A DNA stretch of 62,048 nucleotides, the filler included, from Dugesia japonica (Eukaryota): assembly GCA_001938525.1 (NCBI GenBank). It is 5 parts of 5 records of this genome, joined end to end, with 100 filler letters (N's around TTAATTAATTAA, not from the genome) between each part and the next. Parts side by side here need not be neighbours in the genome. Positions count along the whole stretch, not along the records: positions 43,600 to 62,048 come from MQRL01568987.1; 4 more parts are not named here. One strand, given 5' to 3'. The stretch's first letter is position 1. Every line of letters starts with the position of its first letter. A model generated the notes under the pieces. That model had not been told where the DNA came from. It searched no databases and was given only the letters and a program-made list of their open reading frames with translations. Of the stretch, positions 51,712 through 62,048 are shown in pieces. A program made the translations under genes and the position numbers.

Positions 51712-52053
51712 ATGGCTTTAGAATTTGAAGATTAACATGTGAAAATATTGAGGAAAATTTAAAATTCGCAAGTAATTTTGATTCTCAATTATTTTTAAAA
51801 TCACAAAAGCTTTGTACACTAGCAAAATTTAAAAGAAATAAAATCAAGAAATCCTAATAAAAAAGATTTTTTAATTGCGGCCGAAATTGGAATAACAACT
51901 ATGTCTTTAAATAAAATTTTGCGAGAATTAAATGTAAAACCAGAAAGAAAAAAATATCATAGATTAAAATATTATTATAATGCAAAAACTCGGGAATATG
52001 AAAAAGATCAATATGGTAATTATTTTTTTAATGTAAAAACAAAAATTCATTAA
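51712..52053 (+). pseudogene. Small helix-turn-helix-like ORF, frameshifted
   Basis: EIKSRNPNKKDFLIAAEIGITTMSLNKILRELNV fits an HTH pattern. Confidence 0.5.
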
Positions 52054-52604
52054 AATAAAAGCTTTGATCAAAATGTTGGATTTTTTTTATTGAAATTTGA
52101 TAACAATTCGATATTTCGACCTTGTCTTCGTCAGGAATTGACTTTTTAATTTATNNNNNNNNNNNNNNNNNNNNNNNNNNNNNNNNNNNNNNNNNNNNNN
52201 NNNNGAAATAATTTATTTTTATTAAATTTTAATTGGTTAATTTTAATTCTTATTTTATATTTAATTATTTAATTTTTATTATTGCAAATTATATTTATTT
52301 TAGGATTGTTTTCTTTGATTAGTATTTCTTCATGTTTTTTCTGTGTAGTGTAGAAATGTAGCTTGTTCCAAGTGTTTTCCATGAAATGTGATGTTGTTCT
52401 GGTGAAATTTTATGTTTGTGTTGAAAGTGTTTGAATACTTCACTTTCTTTTTGTTTCAAATGTTCCTTAAAAACAAAAAGTTTGAATTAATTCCTCCAGC
52501 TAAAATAAAAATAACTTTAACTGAAAAAAGAAATGAAATAGCAAATCAAGAATAGCCAATTGAAAAGCCTAAAAATATTTCCAAGAAAAAAAATACTCGT
52601 GTAG

Positions 52605-53204
52605 GTGGCGCAGTTGAAGAGGAAATTGAAAAATCTTTCGAGTCGCATAAATAGTGCTATCAAGTTGCTTAAATTTATTAATTATAAAAATGATGATTTA
52701 ATGGAAATAATTAAACAAGATCCAACATTTAAAAGTAAATTAATTGAAGATTATTCTACCGTTGTAAAATCATCATTAAAAGAAAAAGAAGTTTTGATAA
52801 AAACAATATTTCCACAATATAAATTACTAGGTGAATCATTAGCTTTAGCAGGAGAAACTATTTATGATTTATCAAAAGAGAATGATGTTTTAAAAACCGA
52901 GTTGGAAAAAGCAGAGGAATTTGATCAAGAAAAGATTGAGAAATTAATTACAAAGAAAAAAACTCAAGAAGATGAAAATAAAAATAAAATAATATTAAAT
53001 GATTTAAGAAGAACAAACATGAAAACCAAACAATTGCTTTAGAAAATGGCGCGAGAAATAGAAACAAAAGAGTTGAATAATTTTATAAACAATACAACTA
53101 AATTAAATAAAAAAGTCGAACACCAGAAAAGTATAATTTTATTTTTATCAGTGATAATTTTCATGGGATTACTTTTTATGTTAATAAAATGGATACTAAA
53201 TTAA
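52605..53204 (+). pseudogene. Coiled-coil protein with C-terminal transmembrane helix (one internal TAG)
   Basis: Reading through the TAG at 53040 the frame continues to SIILFLSVIIFMGLLFMLIKWILN*, overlapping the capsid start. Confidence 0.55.
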
Positions 53205-54513
53205 ATTTAGATAATAATATTGACTTTTCACATGTTTCAATAAAAAATGATGTTTTAAAAATTTTACCTTCATCCGGTTCAATTAATAATCTAATGGCGT
53301 CGGGAGATATCGTTTTTCAATCTTTACAATCAACAAACCCATTAGACATTTGCAATGCGATGCTGTATTTTAAAATTGAAATCACAATTCCAGATAAAGA
53401 AAAGAAAAAGATAAATAACTTTAGAAAATAATTTCTTTCCAAGTATACTTAAATCCATGAGATTAACCTTGAGTTCAACAGATGTAGAAACAATAAATGA
53501 TCCGGGAGTAATATCAACAATGTTAAATTTAATTACAACTACAGAAACTTGAAAAAAAGAATATGGACAAATGTCAGGATGGATGCCAGATACAAATAAA
53601 GAAGATACAGAAGTAAAATATTAGAATTCTAATACTGGATATTATAAGAGAAGGAAATTATACCTCAACAAGAAATTTGAAGGTTATTTTTTATTGAGAA
53701 ATTTATTTGGTTTTATGCAAAATTATAATAGACTTTTATACAACACAATGATTCAATTTACTTGTAATACACAAATGAATGATAATTTATTATTTTATGG
53801 AGAAAAAGATGCAACAGCGGCTTTAAAATCAATAACCATTGAATTACGCATACCAGAATTTAGATAATTACCAAAATCAGAATTATTTTTATTAGAAAGA
53901 ATTGCTACAAATAAACCAATAAAAGTTTCATACTTAAATCGAATAACTGCAAAAACAAATTTAGATTCTGGAGGATATTGTTCAATAAAAATAAGTAGCT
54001 TAGCATACAAACCAAGATATATTTTTATTGGAATAAAAGATAATGAAATTTCATTTCAAAAGAATAATAATTTATTTATACAAAAATTATCCAAGAAAGT
54101 TAAACAAGGAAATCCAGAAGCGGATGTAATAAAAGATTATTACATAAAAAGCATACAGACACAATTAAACAATACTTTTTATCCGATTAATGAATGTAAG
54201 TTTAATATGGAAAATAATGAAATGATTTTTCCTTATTTAAATTATACAAAATGTTGTCACGATTTTTTTTAACAGAATCACAGGTATCACTTTTAGATTT
54301 TGGAAACCTAAACCCAATATTTAGTTTTGATGTAAGTGCGCAAGATGATAAATTAAATATTAGCAATGTTGATGTAAGACTTTACACATTACAAAAGATT
54401 AAGATTTTAGAGGAACTGTTTATTGGTGTATCCTTGAAGAAAAACATGTAGAAATGAAATTACCAAATAGTAAAATTGTTATGGTGGAAAATGTGAGGGG
54501 ACTTAACCTTTAA
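53189..54513 (+). pseudogene. Major capsid protein (double jelly-roll, hexon-like), frameshifted
   Basis: ILPSSGSINNL..GDIVF, LENNFFPSIL.SMRL..VETINDPGVISTMLNLIT, GWMPDT, LFGFMQNY, KPRYIFIG and PIFSFDVSAQ are motifs of Maverick/adintovirus MCP. Confidence 0.82.
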
Positions 54514-54543
54514 TGTTAAAATTTTAAAATTTATAAATAAAAA

Positions 54544-55790
54544 ATGGCAAGTCTAATATTTAAATGTGAAAACTGTAATAAAATTTTATCAAGGAACAAT
54601 AAATCGAGACATTATAAAAATTGTAAGCAAACCGGAGGAGATCTCCAATCTTCTAATATTACATCAGCGTTATTAAAACCTTTTACTTTGGAAAAATATC
54701 CTGGTGAGAGACATTTGTTTAAACATAATTACACCGGACCGGGAACTAGATTAGATTTAAGATTAGATGAAAATAATAATTCTTCACCCGGAGAAGAACC
54801 AGTTAATAAAGTTGATGAAGTCGCATTAAAACATGACATTGCTTATCATTCAACCGATATTAGAGATTGTTATCTTGCAGATGTAAATTTAATTCACGAT
54901 TTAAATAATATTGAAAATCCAACTATTGGAGAAAAATTACAAAGAGCTTTAGTTAAATTAGTTATGAAGGGAAAGATAATGTTAGGACAAGGCGTTTTAG
55001 CACATGAGCTTCACTACGAATAGAGAAAACCAAAACATTTTCTAAAAGTAACAGTACATGATAAAGATGAAACATGGTCGGCAGATTTAATTTTTCATGG
55101 AATAGAAAGAAGAGGTAAAATGGTAATTTTAACAGTAATCGATCTCTATACTCGTTTTGCATTTTTAGAAATTTCAGGAGATAAAACAGGACCACAAGTT
55201 AGAAATACTTTTGAAAAAATTATTGGAAAAATAATAGAATGCCGAATAACTTGTGGGTGGATAAAGGAAAAGAATTTTATAATAAATCATTTCAAAATTT
55301 TTGCATTAAAAATAAAATTAATTTATACTCTACTGAAAATGAAGGTAAGGCAGTTGTTATAGAAAGATTTAACCGAACATTTAAAAATAAGTTGTTTAAA
55401 CATTTTACTACTGTTGGGAATCAAGATATTACGGATTCTTTATTACAAGAAATTGTAAACACTTACAACAACACAGTTCATTCATCAATAAAAACCACAC
55501 CACAACTTGCGAAAATAAATCCAGAAAATATTAAAGATGAAATTGAAAAACATAATACTGAATATGATAATCTAAATGAAAAGTGTAAATTTAAAATCGG
55601 TGATCGAGTAAGAATGTTTAAGGTAAATAAAACATTAGCAAAAAGTTATACAGTTAAATTGTCAAAGAAAATTTATTTAGTAACAAGAATTTACAATACA
55701 AGACAATGAACTTTTCAAATTAGTAATTTAAATGGTGAAAAAATTCCTGGGAGATTTAATACTAATGAATTACAGAAAACAGCATTTTAA
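54544..55790 (+). pseudogene. Zinc finger / PLA2 / rve integrase fusion (TAG at 55021, frameshift near 55235)
   Basis: CENCNK..SRHYKNC, HNYTGPGT, DEVALKHDIAY, then the same frame gives HELHYE*RKPK..WSADL..VIDLYTRFAF, followed by WVDKGKEFYN..IERFNRT. Confidence 0.9.
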
Positions 55791-55908
55791 CCAGCGCTCA
55801 TAAATTACTTTCATTAAAAATCTTAAAATGTAAAGTCCTAAAATGTTAAAGTGTAAAAATATAACACTTAATAGGTTGCTGCGCAACCTTAAATTAATTT
55901 TATAGAAA

Positions 55909-56648
55909 ATGAATGAATTAATATGGAGAAAAAATACAACACTATTTAATAATAAAGTTTTACCAAATAATTTTAGATTATTAATGATTGGATCTTCAGG
56001 TTGTGTGGAAAATGTTATATTAATGAAAATGTTACTAACACCAGATTTTTTAGATTACAATGTTTTAATTTTTTTATTCAACAACAATCAATCAATTTGA
56101 AATACAATTGGTTTATATAGGTTTTGAAAATGGATTAACTAAACAAGAAATAATTTCAATGTTTGAAAATCAAAATATGGTTCCTGATTCTTACAGTACA
56201 CCACATCAGGTTTTTCAATTTTATTTAGATAAAAAATTAGTTAAAAAACCAAGATCAATAAATGTTACACTAAGTAATATTTCTTGTGATAAACTTTTGA
56301 GGGATAAAAAAAATTTAATTATTTTTGATGATGTTGTTAATGATAAAAATCAAGAGATACAGAAAAGTTATTTTACTCACGGTCGTCATTCAAATTGTAA
56401 TGTAATTTACATTTCCCAAACTTATTGCCATTTAGATAAAAATTCTATAAAGGAATTATTCAAATTGTTATATTTTTTTCAAACTAAATAAAACAGATAG
56501 AGATAATGTTTATCATGAATTATTTTCAAATATTTTTAGTAATAAGATGGAATATGATTATGAAACTAATTTACACTGGAAAACTAAATATAACTATTTT
56601 TATTTAAATAAAGAAACTGAAGAAATGTTGGATGATTTATTTACATAA
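55909..56648 (+). pseudogene. A32/FtsK-like packaging ATPase
   Basis: RLLMIGSSGC (damaged Walker A), LIIFDDVV (Walker B) and HGRHSNCNVIYISQ. Confidence 0.88.
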
Positions 56649-56689
56649 AAATTTTTAAATAGTATCTACGATAGTTTTATAATTATCCA

Positions 56690-57385
56690 TAATTTTACAA
56701 AATGAAATTTTACAAAATACCACTAAATCTTATTATATTTTTATTTATATAACTTTTTTTTATAATTTATTCCAATTGATTGTAAATACATTTCCATGTT
56801 TATTTTATCTTTTAATTTATTTTTCATTGCTTTAAATATTGAACCTAAATATGCAGAACTAATTAATGTCATTTTTTCATGATCACCATGCCACCGTTGA
56901 GTGCTTTCAGTTAAAACCTCTAAACTTTGAAAAGTAAAATTATAACGAGCCTTTTTAAAGGCTTGAATATTAAATTCAGTTTGTGGTTGTGAATTATATT
57001 CCAATTTAAATTTTTCTAAATCAAATTTATTTTTGATAACATTTTTATGTTTTTCTTCAAACTCTGTAACAATATCTCTTTCAGGAATATTTACATCAAC
57101 TATATCACTCTCGTCAATAGCATAAAACACCTCTTCATCTTCAGAATCCTCTTCCTCTGCTTTTATTATTTCCTCTACATTTAGTGGGGTATATCTCGAC
57201 TTGAATAATTTTTTATAACTTTTATCTATATAATCTTCAGTAGTTAATTCATCAAGAAATTTTTCATCACTAATTAATTTTTTATCATCTTTTTCTGCAA
57301 AACGTAGTTTACAATCATCACATAATATTTTTCTAAATTAATAACGTCGTTTAATATTTTTTTTACTTGACTAAAAACACTCCAT
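56690..57385 (-). pseudogene. Maverick ORF of unknown function, homologue of 5762-6727
   Basis: Same position and orientation as in copy 1. Shares CxxC and YL.S.GINYK. Confidence 0.65.
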
Positions 57386-57437
57386 TTTTACTAGTATTTT
57401 TTTAATCATAATATTATTTTTTTGACCCACCCCGAGG

Positions 57438-57495
57438 GACCCGACTCATAAAAGATTCGACTCATAAAGGACCCGACTCATAGGGACCCGGCTCG
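57438..57495. repeat. About 16-bp tandem repeat (gacccgactcataaa) in the divergent intergenic region
   Basis: Three full units and one partial. Same position as the 25-bp repeat of copy 1. Confidence 0.85.
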
Positions 57496-57560
57496 TTTTA
57501 TGATCCTCTTTAAACTTTTGTTCCCCAAAATTTTTTTGCCTCAAATTTTTCCTTTAAAAA

Positions 57561-58010
57561 ATGGAAAAGCCTACAGAGGATAAATTGAAAAAAATAATAA
57601 ATTCAAACAAGTGTAAATCAGTAAAAATTTATGACAAAAATTCTTGGATTAGTAAAAAAGTAAAAGAGGAAACAAAGAAAGCCCACGAAGGTGGTTTTGC
57701 ATTTTTAGCAGCAATCCCCGCAGTTATTGCAGGCCTGGCATCTGCACCGGCGTAGCCAGTGGCATTGCCAGTACCGTAATAAATTCACGGGCCGCTCAAG
57801 TTCAGGGTCTTGAAAAATGAAAAAAGAAAAAGAAATTCAAATTCTAAACTTGGGCTCTGGACTTTATTTATATCCTTATCAAGGTTCTGCAATTCATAAA
57901 TATTGAAAAATTACTAGGAACCTAGGTTTAAAAAATATTACACGAGGTTTTAAAAATGGGGTAGAAATAAAAGTAAAACGTAATGGATTATATCTAAGGC
58001 CTTATAAATA
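57561..58010 (+). pseudogene. Putative virion core protein, homologue of 5016-5556
   Basis: MEKPTEDKLKK..HEGGFAFLAAIP, LGSGLYLYPYQGS and GLYLRPY. Confidence 0.6.
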
Positions 58011-58021
58011 TCCTTTGGAAA

Positions 58022-58545
58022 ATGACGACGAGAACGGAGAAGAGGATCGAGGAACTGAAACAATTGATTAAAGCTCGAGGAAATTATAATATTTTTTACT
58101 GGGAAAATTGTTGAATCGAGAAAATTAAAAGCGAAGTTAACAACTCTACAGTGGCCAACTATTAGAGCTATTGAAAAAATTACAATTAAATCCAACTCAA
58201 TAGATGTAAGAGATTTAACAAATTTTTTTTCAAGTGAAAAAAAAATTCCATTTACTCCTGAATACTCTATTAATAATGTAAATGCTAGTGGAATGTTAAC
58301 TGAAACAATTATTCCTCGATATTCTGGATTAAATGTTATTGGTTTAGCTGGTGCGAAAATGTTTATGAAAATAACTTTGAAGGAAAATAAAATTCATTTA
58401 TTTGAAGAATATGGGGAAATAAATTATTATTAAAATCAGAAATTATTCCATTCACTGATTATTTAGAATAATTTTGGGGAATCAAGATGGCTTGGAAACA
58501 CGTGAAGATATTAGGACTTATTTATATAAATTAATTTCTCCTCTC
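58022..58545 (+). pseudogene. Conserved Maverick ORF, homologue of 4023-5010, truncated
   Basis: FTGKIVESRKL..LQWPTIRAIEKI and ILGNQDGLETREDI. Homology stops abruptly near 58545. Confidence 0.7.
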
Positions 58546-58866
58546 ACAACCAACAGCCGTCATCATCGTTCGAATGGATCCAAGCTGGGTTCCCAATCTG
58601 TCGGGAAAGATCAGCGATATACAGTTTTAAGAAATCTATTTTTCTCAACAGTTACTTCTTATTCTCTACCTCTAGGGCTTTGGTTTATATTGCTAAGTTG
58701 TTTTGCTTACAAACTACCAAATCCAATTTTTTTATGAGTTGATTCCTCTGGGCAAGGTGCTTAAGAAGAGCTTGTTCTGTTTTACGCTTTAAGTGACGCT
58801 CTAATAATAGACGGCGCAGGATACGGTGGAACCTCCTCAAACTAGTCGGAAACACGATTCGAGGCA
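58545..58866 (-). pseudogene. Unknown cassette ORF4, copy C
   Basis: Begins ctttag|TG CCT. Reads PRIVFPTSLRRFHRILRRLLLERHLKRK..LIKKLD..TKALEVENKK*LLRKIDFLK..SRQIGNP. Confidence 0.8.
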
Positions 58867-58986
58867 CTAAAGAAAAAGTACAATTAAATTAATGAATACC
58901 CAATCAACGACTCAGGAAAAACAAGTAACAGAAGAACTTCATACAAATAAATAATTTATTAACTCAAACAATAATGAAATAACAAG

Positions 58987-59345
58987 TTAGGAGCGGCTCG
59001 TCTGAGTACCTTTGTCGATCATTAGCGGCTCGAGTGGGATTTTCTCCCGGAGAATGAAGATATCGTTAACTAGTTTATTTTCTCGGTCATGGCTGGACCA
59101 ATTAATCTTTGAAAAAGATTCCACTTGTTTTTTCCAAGTGCGCTCCTGTAAATGGGAGGCCTCGGCTTCCTTTTTAAAGTGAACACACTTTTTCTTATAA
59201 CGGAGGACTTTACTATGGGCCGCGGCTACCTCAGCTTCTCATCGGCGTTTTGCTTACCGGTATAAATCCCAGGTGAGTTCGAGGTCCTCAATGGTATCAC
59301 GGATTTGTTTAGTAGGAGCTGGGGGGCGATTTAAGGAGGAATGCA
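58987..59345 (-). pseudogene. Unknown cassette ORF3, copy C
   Basis: Begins ttttcag|TG CAT. Reads HSSLNRPPAPTK..SKVLRYKKKCV..DRENKLV..PLEPLMIDKGTQTSRS*. Confidence 0.8.
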
Positions 59346-59572
59346 CTGAAAAGAGAAAACTTATATATATTTTATCGAAAATAGATAAAGTTATGTTCCA
59401 AAACGACACAGTAGTCATAAATTCGATTACTAAGTTCTATATAACCTAAATCTACTTATACACCTATGAAAAAATCTGAGAACAAAACACACAAAAATCT
59501 ATTATATTTTATAATATATTTCTACATATATTTTAGCCGAGCCAATTTTATTATAGGTCACCCTACAATTCA

Positions 59573-59926
59573 CTAAGGAGGAATTGATACATCCGGTACG
59601 GGTGCAGTATTTTCGGAGTCTTCACTGCCCGTGGGCTCTCTTATCCCCCAGAGTAGGTTAGTAATAAAAGCCTGTACCGCGGGAGCTGGAGTTAGAGTGA
59701 GAGACTGGTAACGAAAAGAAGTCACCAGGGTACGATCAGGGCCTGACTAAGCCTGGTAACATTGTCGCTCACCAAAATCTCTGATGCGCTCGACGATTGA
59801 CTCGACGGGAGGCAAATTTGACCTGTCAACTAAGATCCCGGCGTCGCGGTTGTGTCGATTATGGTGCCGCCGGAAAATGACTCGACGACTTCTTCAGTCT
59901 ATGACCCTTTCCCATACGGATTCCAT
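59573..59926 (-). pseudogene. Unknown cassette ORF2, copy C
   Basis: Begins ttttag|aaATG. Reads MESVWERVID*RSRRVIFRRHHNRHNRDAGILVDRSNL..GPDRT. Confidence 0.75.
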
Positions 59927-60060
59927 TTCTAAAATATAAAAAAAAATTTAACACACATAACATAGCAGCAAAATGTAATGGATAATTTATTTAAAATAGC
60001 TAATATACATAAGGAAAGGTTTTTATTCAGTGTCAGGCGAAGTCTCAATAAAACCAAAAG

Positions 60061-60243
60061 TCATTCCTCATCCAGGTCTACTTTCGTGTTCAAAAGAAAC
60101 ATCTCAGTGAAACAGCAAAGATCGGTCTCATCCGGATGTTCGATCTCTCCTTTTGTCAGCAAATGAGCCAACAACTGCTTGGATCGGCTAATTTGTCACC
60201 GCCTCTTTATCCATTGCAGGACACGATATAATTCTGTCGGTAT
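60061..60243 (-). pseudogene. Unknown cassette ORF1, copy C (ATA start, TGA at codon 16)
   Basis: IPTELYRVLQWIKRR*QISRSKQLLAHLLTKGEIEHPDETDLCCFTEMFLLNTKVDLDEE*. Confidence 0.8.
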
Positions 60244-60699
60244 AGTTAAAAGGTGAAATTATTAATCGTGATATTTATTCCAGGACGTGGTTTCCAAACA
60301 CAAAAGTTGACCCTGGACTGCCAATGATATCCTGAGGCTTCTAATTAAGGATAAGGGTAATAAAGAGGATATTATCAAGGTAGATTATAACATATTAGCA
60401 TAATAATAATAGTATTAAAAAATACATCACGTCATGTTAATAACTGCAACAAATTATCTTAAATCTTTTTACTAGTAATACTTATATATTCCTTATATAT
60501 AAGATGACATATAGTAATACTATCGACTTTGAATGACGATCATTGTAGTCTGAACGTTAATCTGCTGGATAAAATTAGATATACTTGTCTATACTGTGAT
60601 ACTCCTTGAGTAGAGGGATAGTAGCGCACATAGCTAGCACACATTCAGTGACCCCCCGTGAATGTAATAAAATTTAATCTTAATGCATTTAGTTGGGAA

Positions 60700-61200
60700 G
60701 TTTTGGTCAGTGAATTGGTCGAAGTTTTCTTCGGGAATGGAAAATTTGGGTAATTTTCGGACAATTTGGTCAATTTTTGGTTAATTCAGGTAAATTTGGC
60801 TCATTATTGGACGATGCAGTCAATTATTTACTCGGTTTGGGTAATGTTAGTCACTTTTTTTACTCAGTATGGATAAACTTGGTTAATTATTTGCTCACAA
60901 AAGTAATTTTTAGGTGAATTCGGTCCAATATTTCTTCGGGTTTAGTCAATTTTGAATTTTTGGAAAATTGGTAAATTATTTAATAGGGTATGGTTTAGTT
61001 GGTTAATTTGTGAACCATTCGGTCAATTATTTACTCATAGAGGTCAGATTTTGGTTGACAGTTCTCAGAGTTTGGTTGATAGTGGACAGAGATTGAATGA
61101 TTATGATCAATTATTTATTCATAAGGGTAATTTTTCGATTATTTGGGGTAATAATTTTATTGGTAAGGGTAATTTGGTCAATTATTTCATTTAAATTAGT
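60700..61200. repeat. Degenerate minisatellite of ggtcaatt/ggtaattt words
   Basis: Many (t)tgg(t/g)(c/t)aatt-like words at roughly 10-11 bp spacing. Confidence 0.65.
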
Positions 61201-61659
61201 TAATCTCATATGATAAAAAATACAAATCATTCCCGGTACATTACAAATTAGTTAACCTTAATTAATAAAATGTTAATAAATTTTATCTTTTAGAAAAAAC
61301 TTTAATTTCGATTAAAAATGTCATCAAAGAAATTGATTATAGTTAATTAGAGGCAATTATTGCTTTTTTTAATATATTCAACCAAATTTCAATAATTTTA
61401 GTTAAATAATTTACTCAATGCGATCAAATCGGATTAATTTTCAGTCAATTGCAGTTTTTTGTTAAGGAATTTCCTAGTAATAATTCATTTGCAAAGGAAT
61501 TTCATTGGAAATGGCCAAATTTAAATTTAAACATTAGTCAGTTCCTATAGATTTTTAAGATTTATAGTTTATAGGATGATAAATAAATTATAAATTAATT
61601 AATAAATGATAAATTATTCTCATACATTGAATTTCAATAATAGTTTATTTTCTTTCCAT

Positions 61660-61800
61660 ATCATTACATTACCTCATCCGGTTAGTACAGTCGAGCAATT
61701 ATTCCGACTGTTCACATCCAGTCTCAAACTGTTAACGCTCAATAACGTTAGCTTCCAATTGAGTCCGTTCATATATGAACTTGTCGGCCAACTAGCGTAG
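61660..61800 (+). pseudogene. Unknown GC-rich coding fragment, homologous to 18335-18495
   Basis: Shared EQLFR.FTSSLK..TL..VS.QLS. Lies antisense to and upstream of cassette C. Confidence 0.6.
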
Positions 61801-62048
61801 TTTTAACTATGCTAAGCTCGATTACGATATGTGCATCTCCGGTAGCAGTGATTCAAACCGTTCACATCCGGTCATGAATGTACACCACTACAATTGTTTA
61901 AAAACAATCAGTCATCATCGTTAATACTTGACTAGACACGGATCCGCAAAATGACATAGAATTCCAACTCACAATTATCAAATCCATTGTATGTATTTAA
62001 TTTAATTAAAATATTAAATAAGGACAATAATAATAATCAAATAATAAT

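Larger units (their letters stand above)
51700..58545 (+). mobile_element. Maverick/Polinton copy 2, structural/integrase block (may extend left to the pPolB at 45625)
   Basis: Order is major capsid, PLA2-integrase, ATPase, opposite-strand ORF, repeat, core ORF, conserved ORF. Syntenic with copy 1. Confidence 0.92.

Noticed and set aside
49443-60243. Cassettes B and C as the terminal inverted repeats of Maverick copy 2
   Set aside because: They are inverted but similar mainly at protein level. True TIRs would be near-identical DNA, including non-coding parts.

Overview
AT-rich animal genomic DNA. The 18S rRNA fragment resembles triclad planarian sequence, from recall and not verified by search. 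The window is five unrelated scaffolds joined by artificial N44-TTAATTAATTAA-N44 spacers (1-11406, 11507-24412, 24513-34482, 34583-43499, 43600-62048). The only clear host gene is the 5' part of NDUFS1 (8 exons, 29410-31687). Most of the rest is decayed mobile DNA. There are two divergent, syntenic Maverick/Polinton (adintovirus-like) endogenous viruses: together they show pPolB, adenain-like protease, minor and major capsid, packaging ATPase, and a parvovirus-type PLA2 domain fused in frame to the rve integrase. Also present are Gypsy remnants, a gag-only LTR element, mariner/Tc1/piggyBac/hAT remnants and an RLE-type non-LTR retrotransposon. The most unusual signal is an unannotated GC-rich cassette of four short ORFs, found in three divergent copies (13440-14178 +, 49443-51319 +, 58545-60243 -). 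Most of these ORFs sit behind their own 3' splice acceptor, and two have no ATG and begin at ag|TG. The products carry an LxCxE-like motif, a KxTQT dynein-light-chain motif and a bZIP-like region. One copy lies between a Maverick pPolB 5' end and the Maverick capsid/integrase block, so it may be a spliced host-manipulation ('early') region of this virus lineage.
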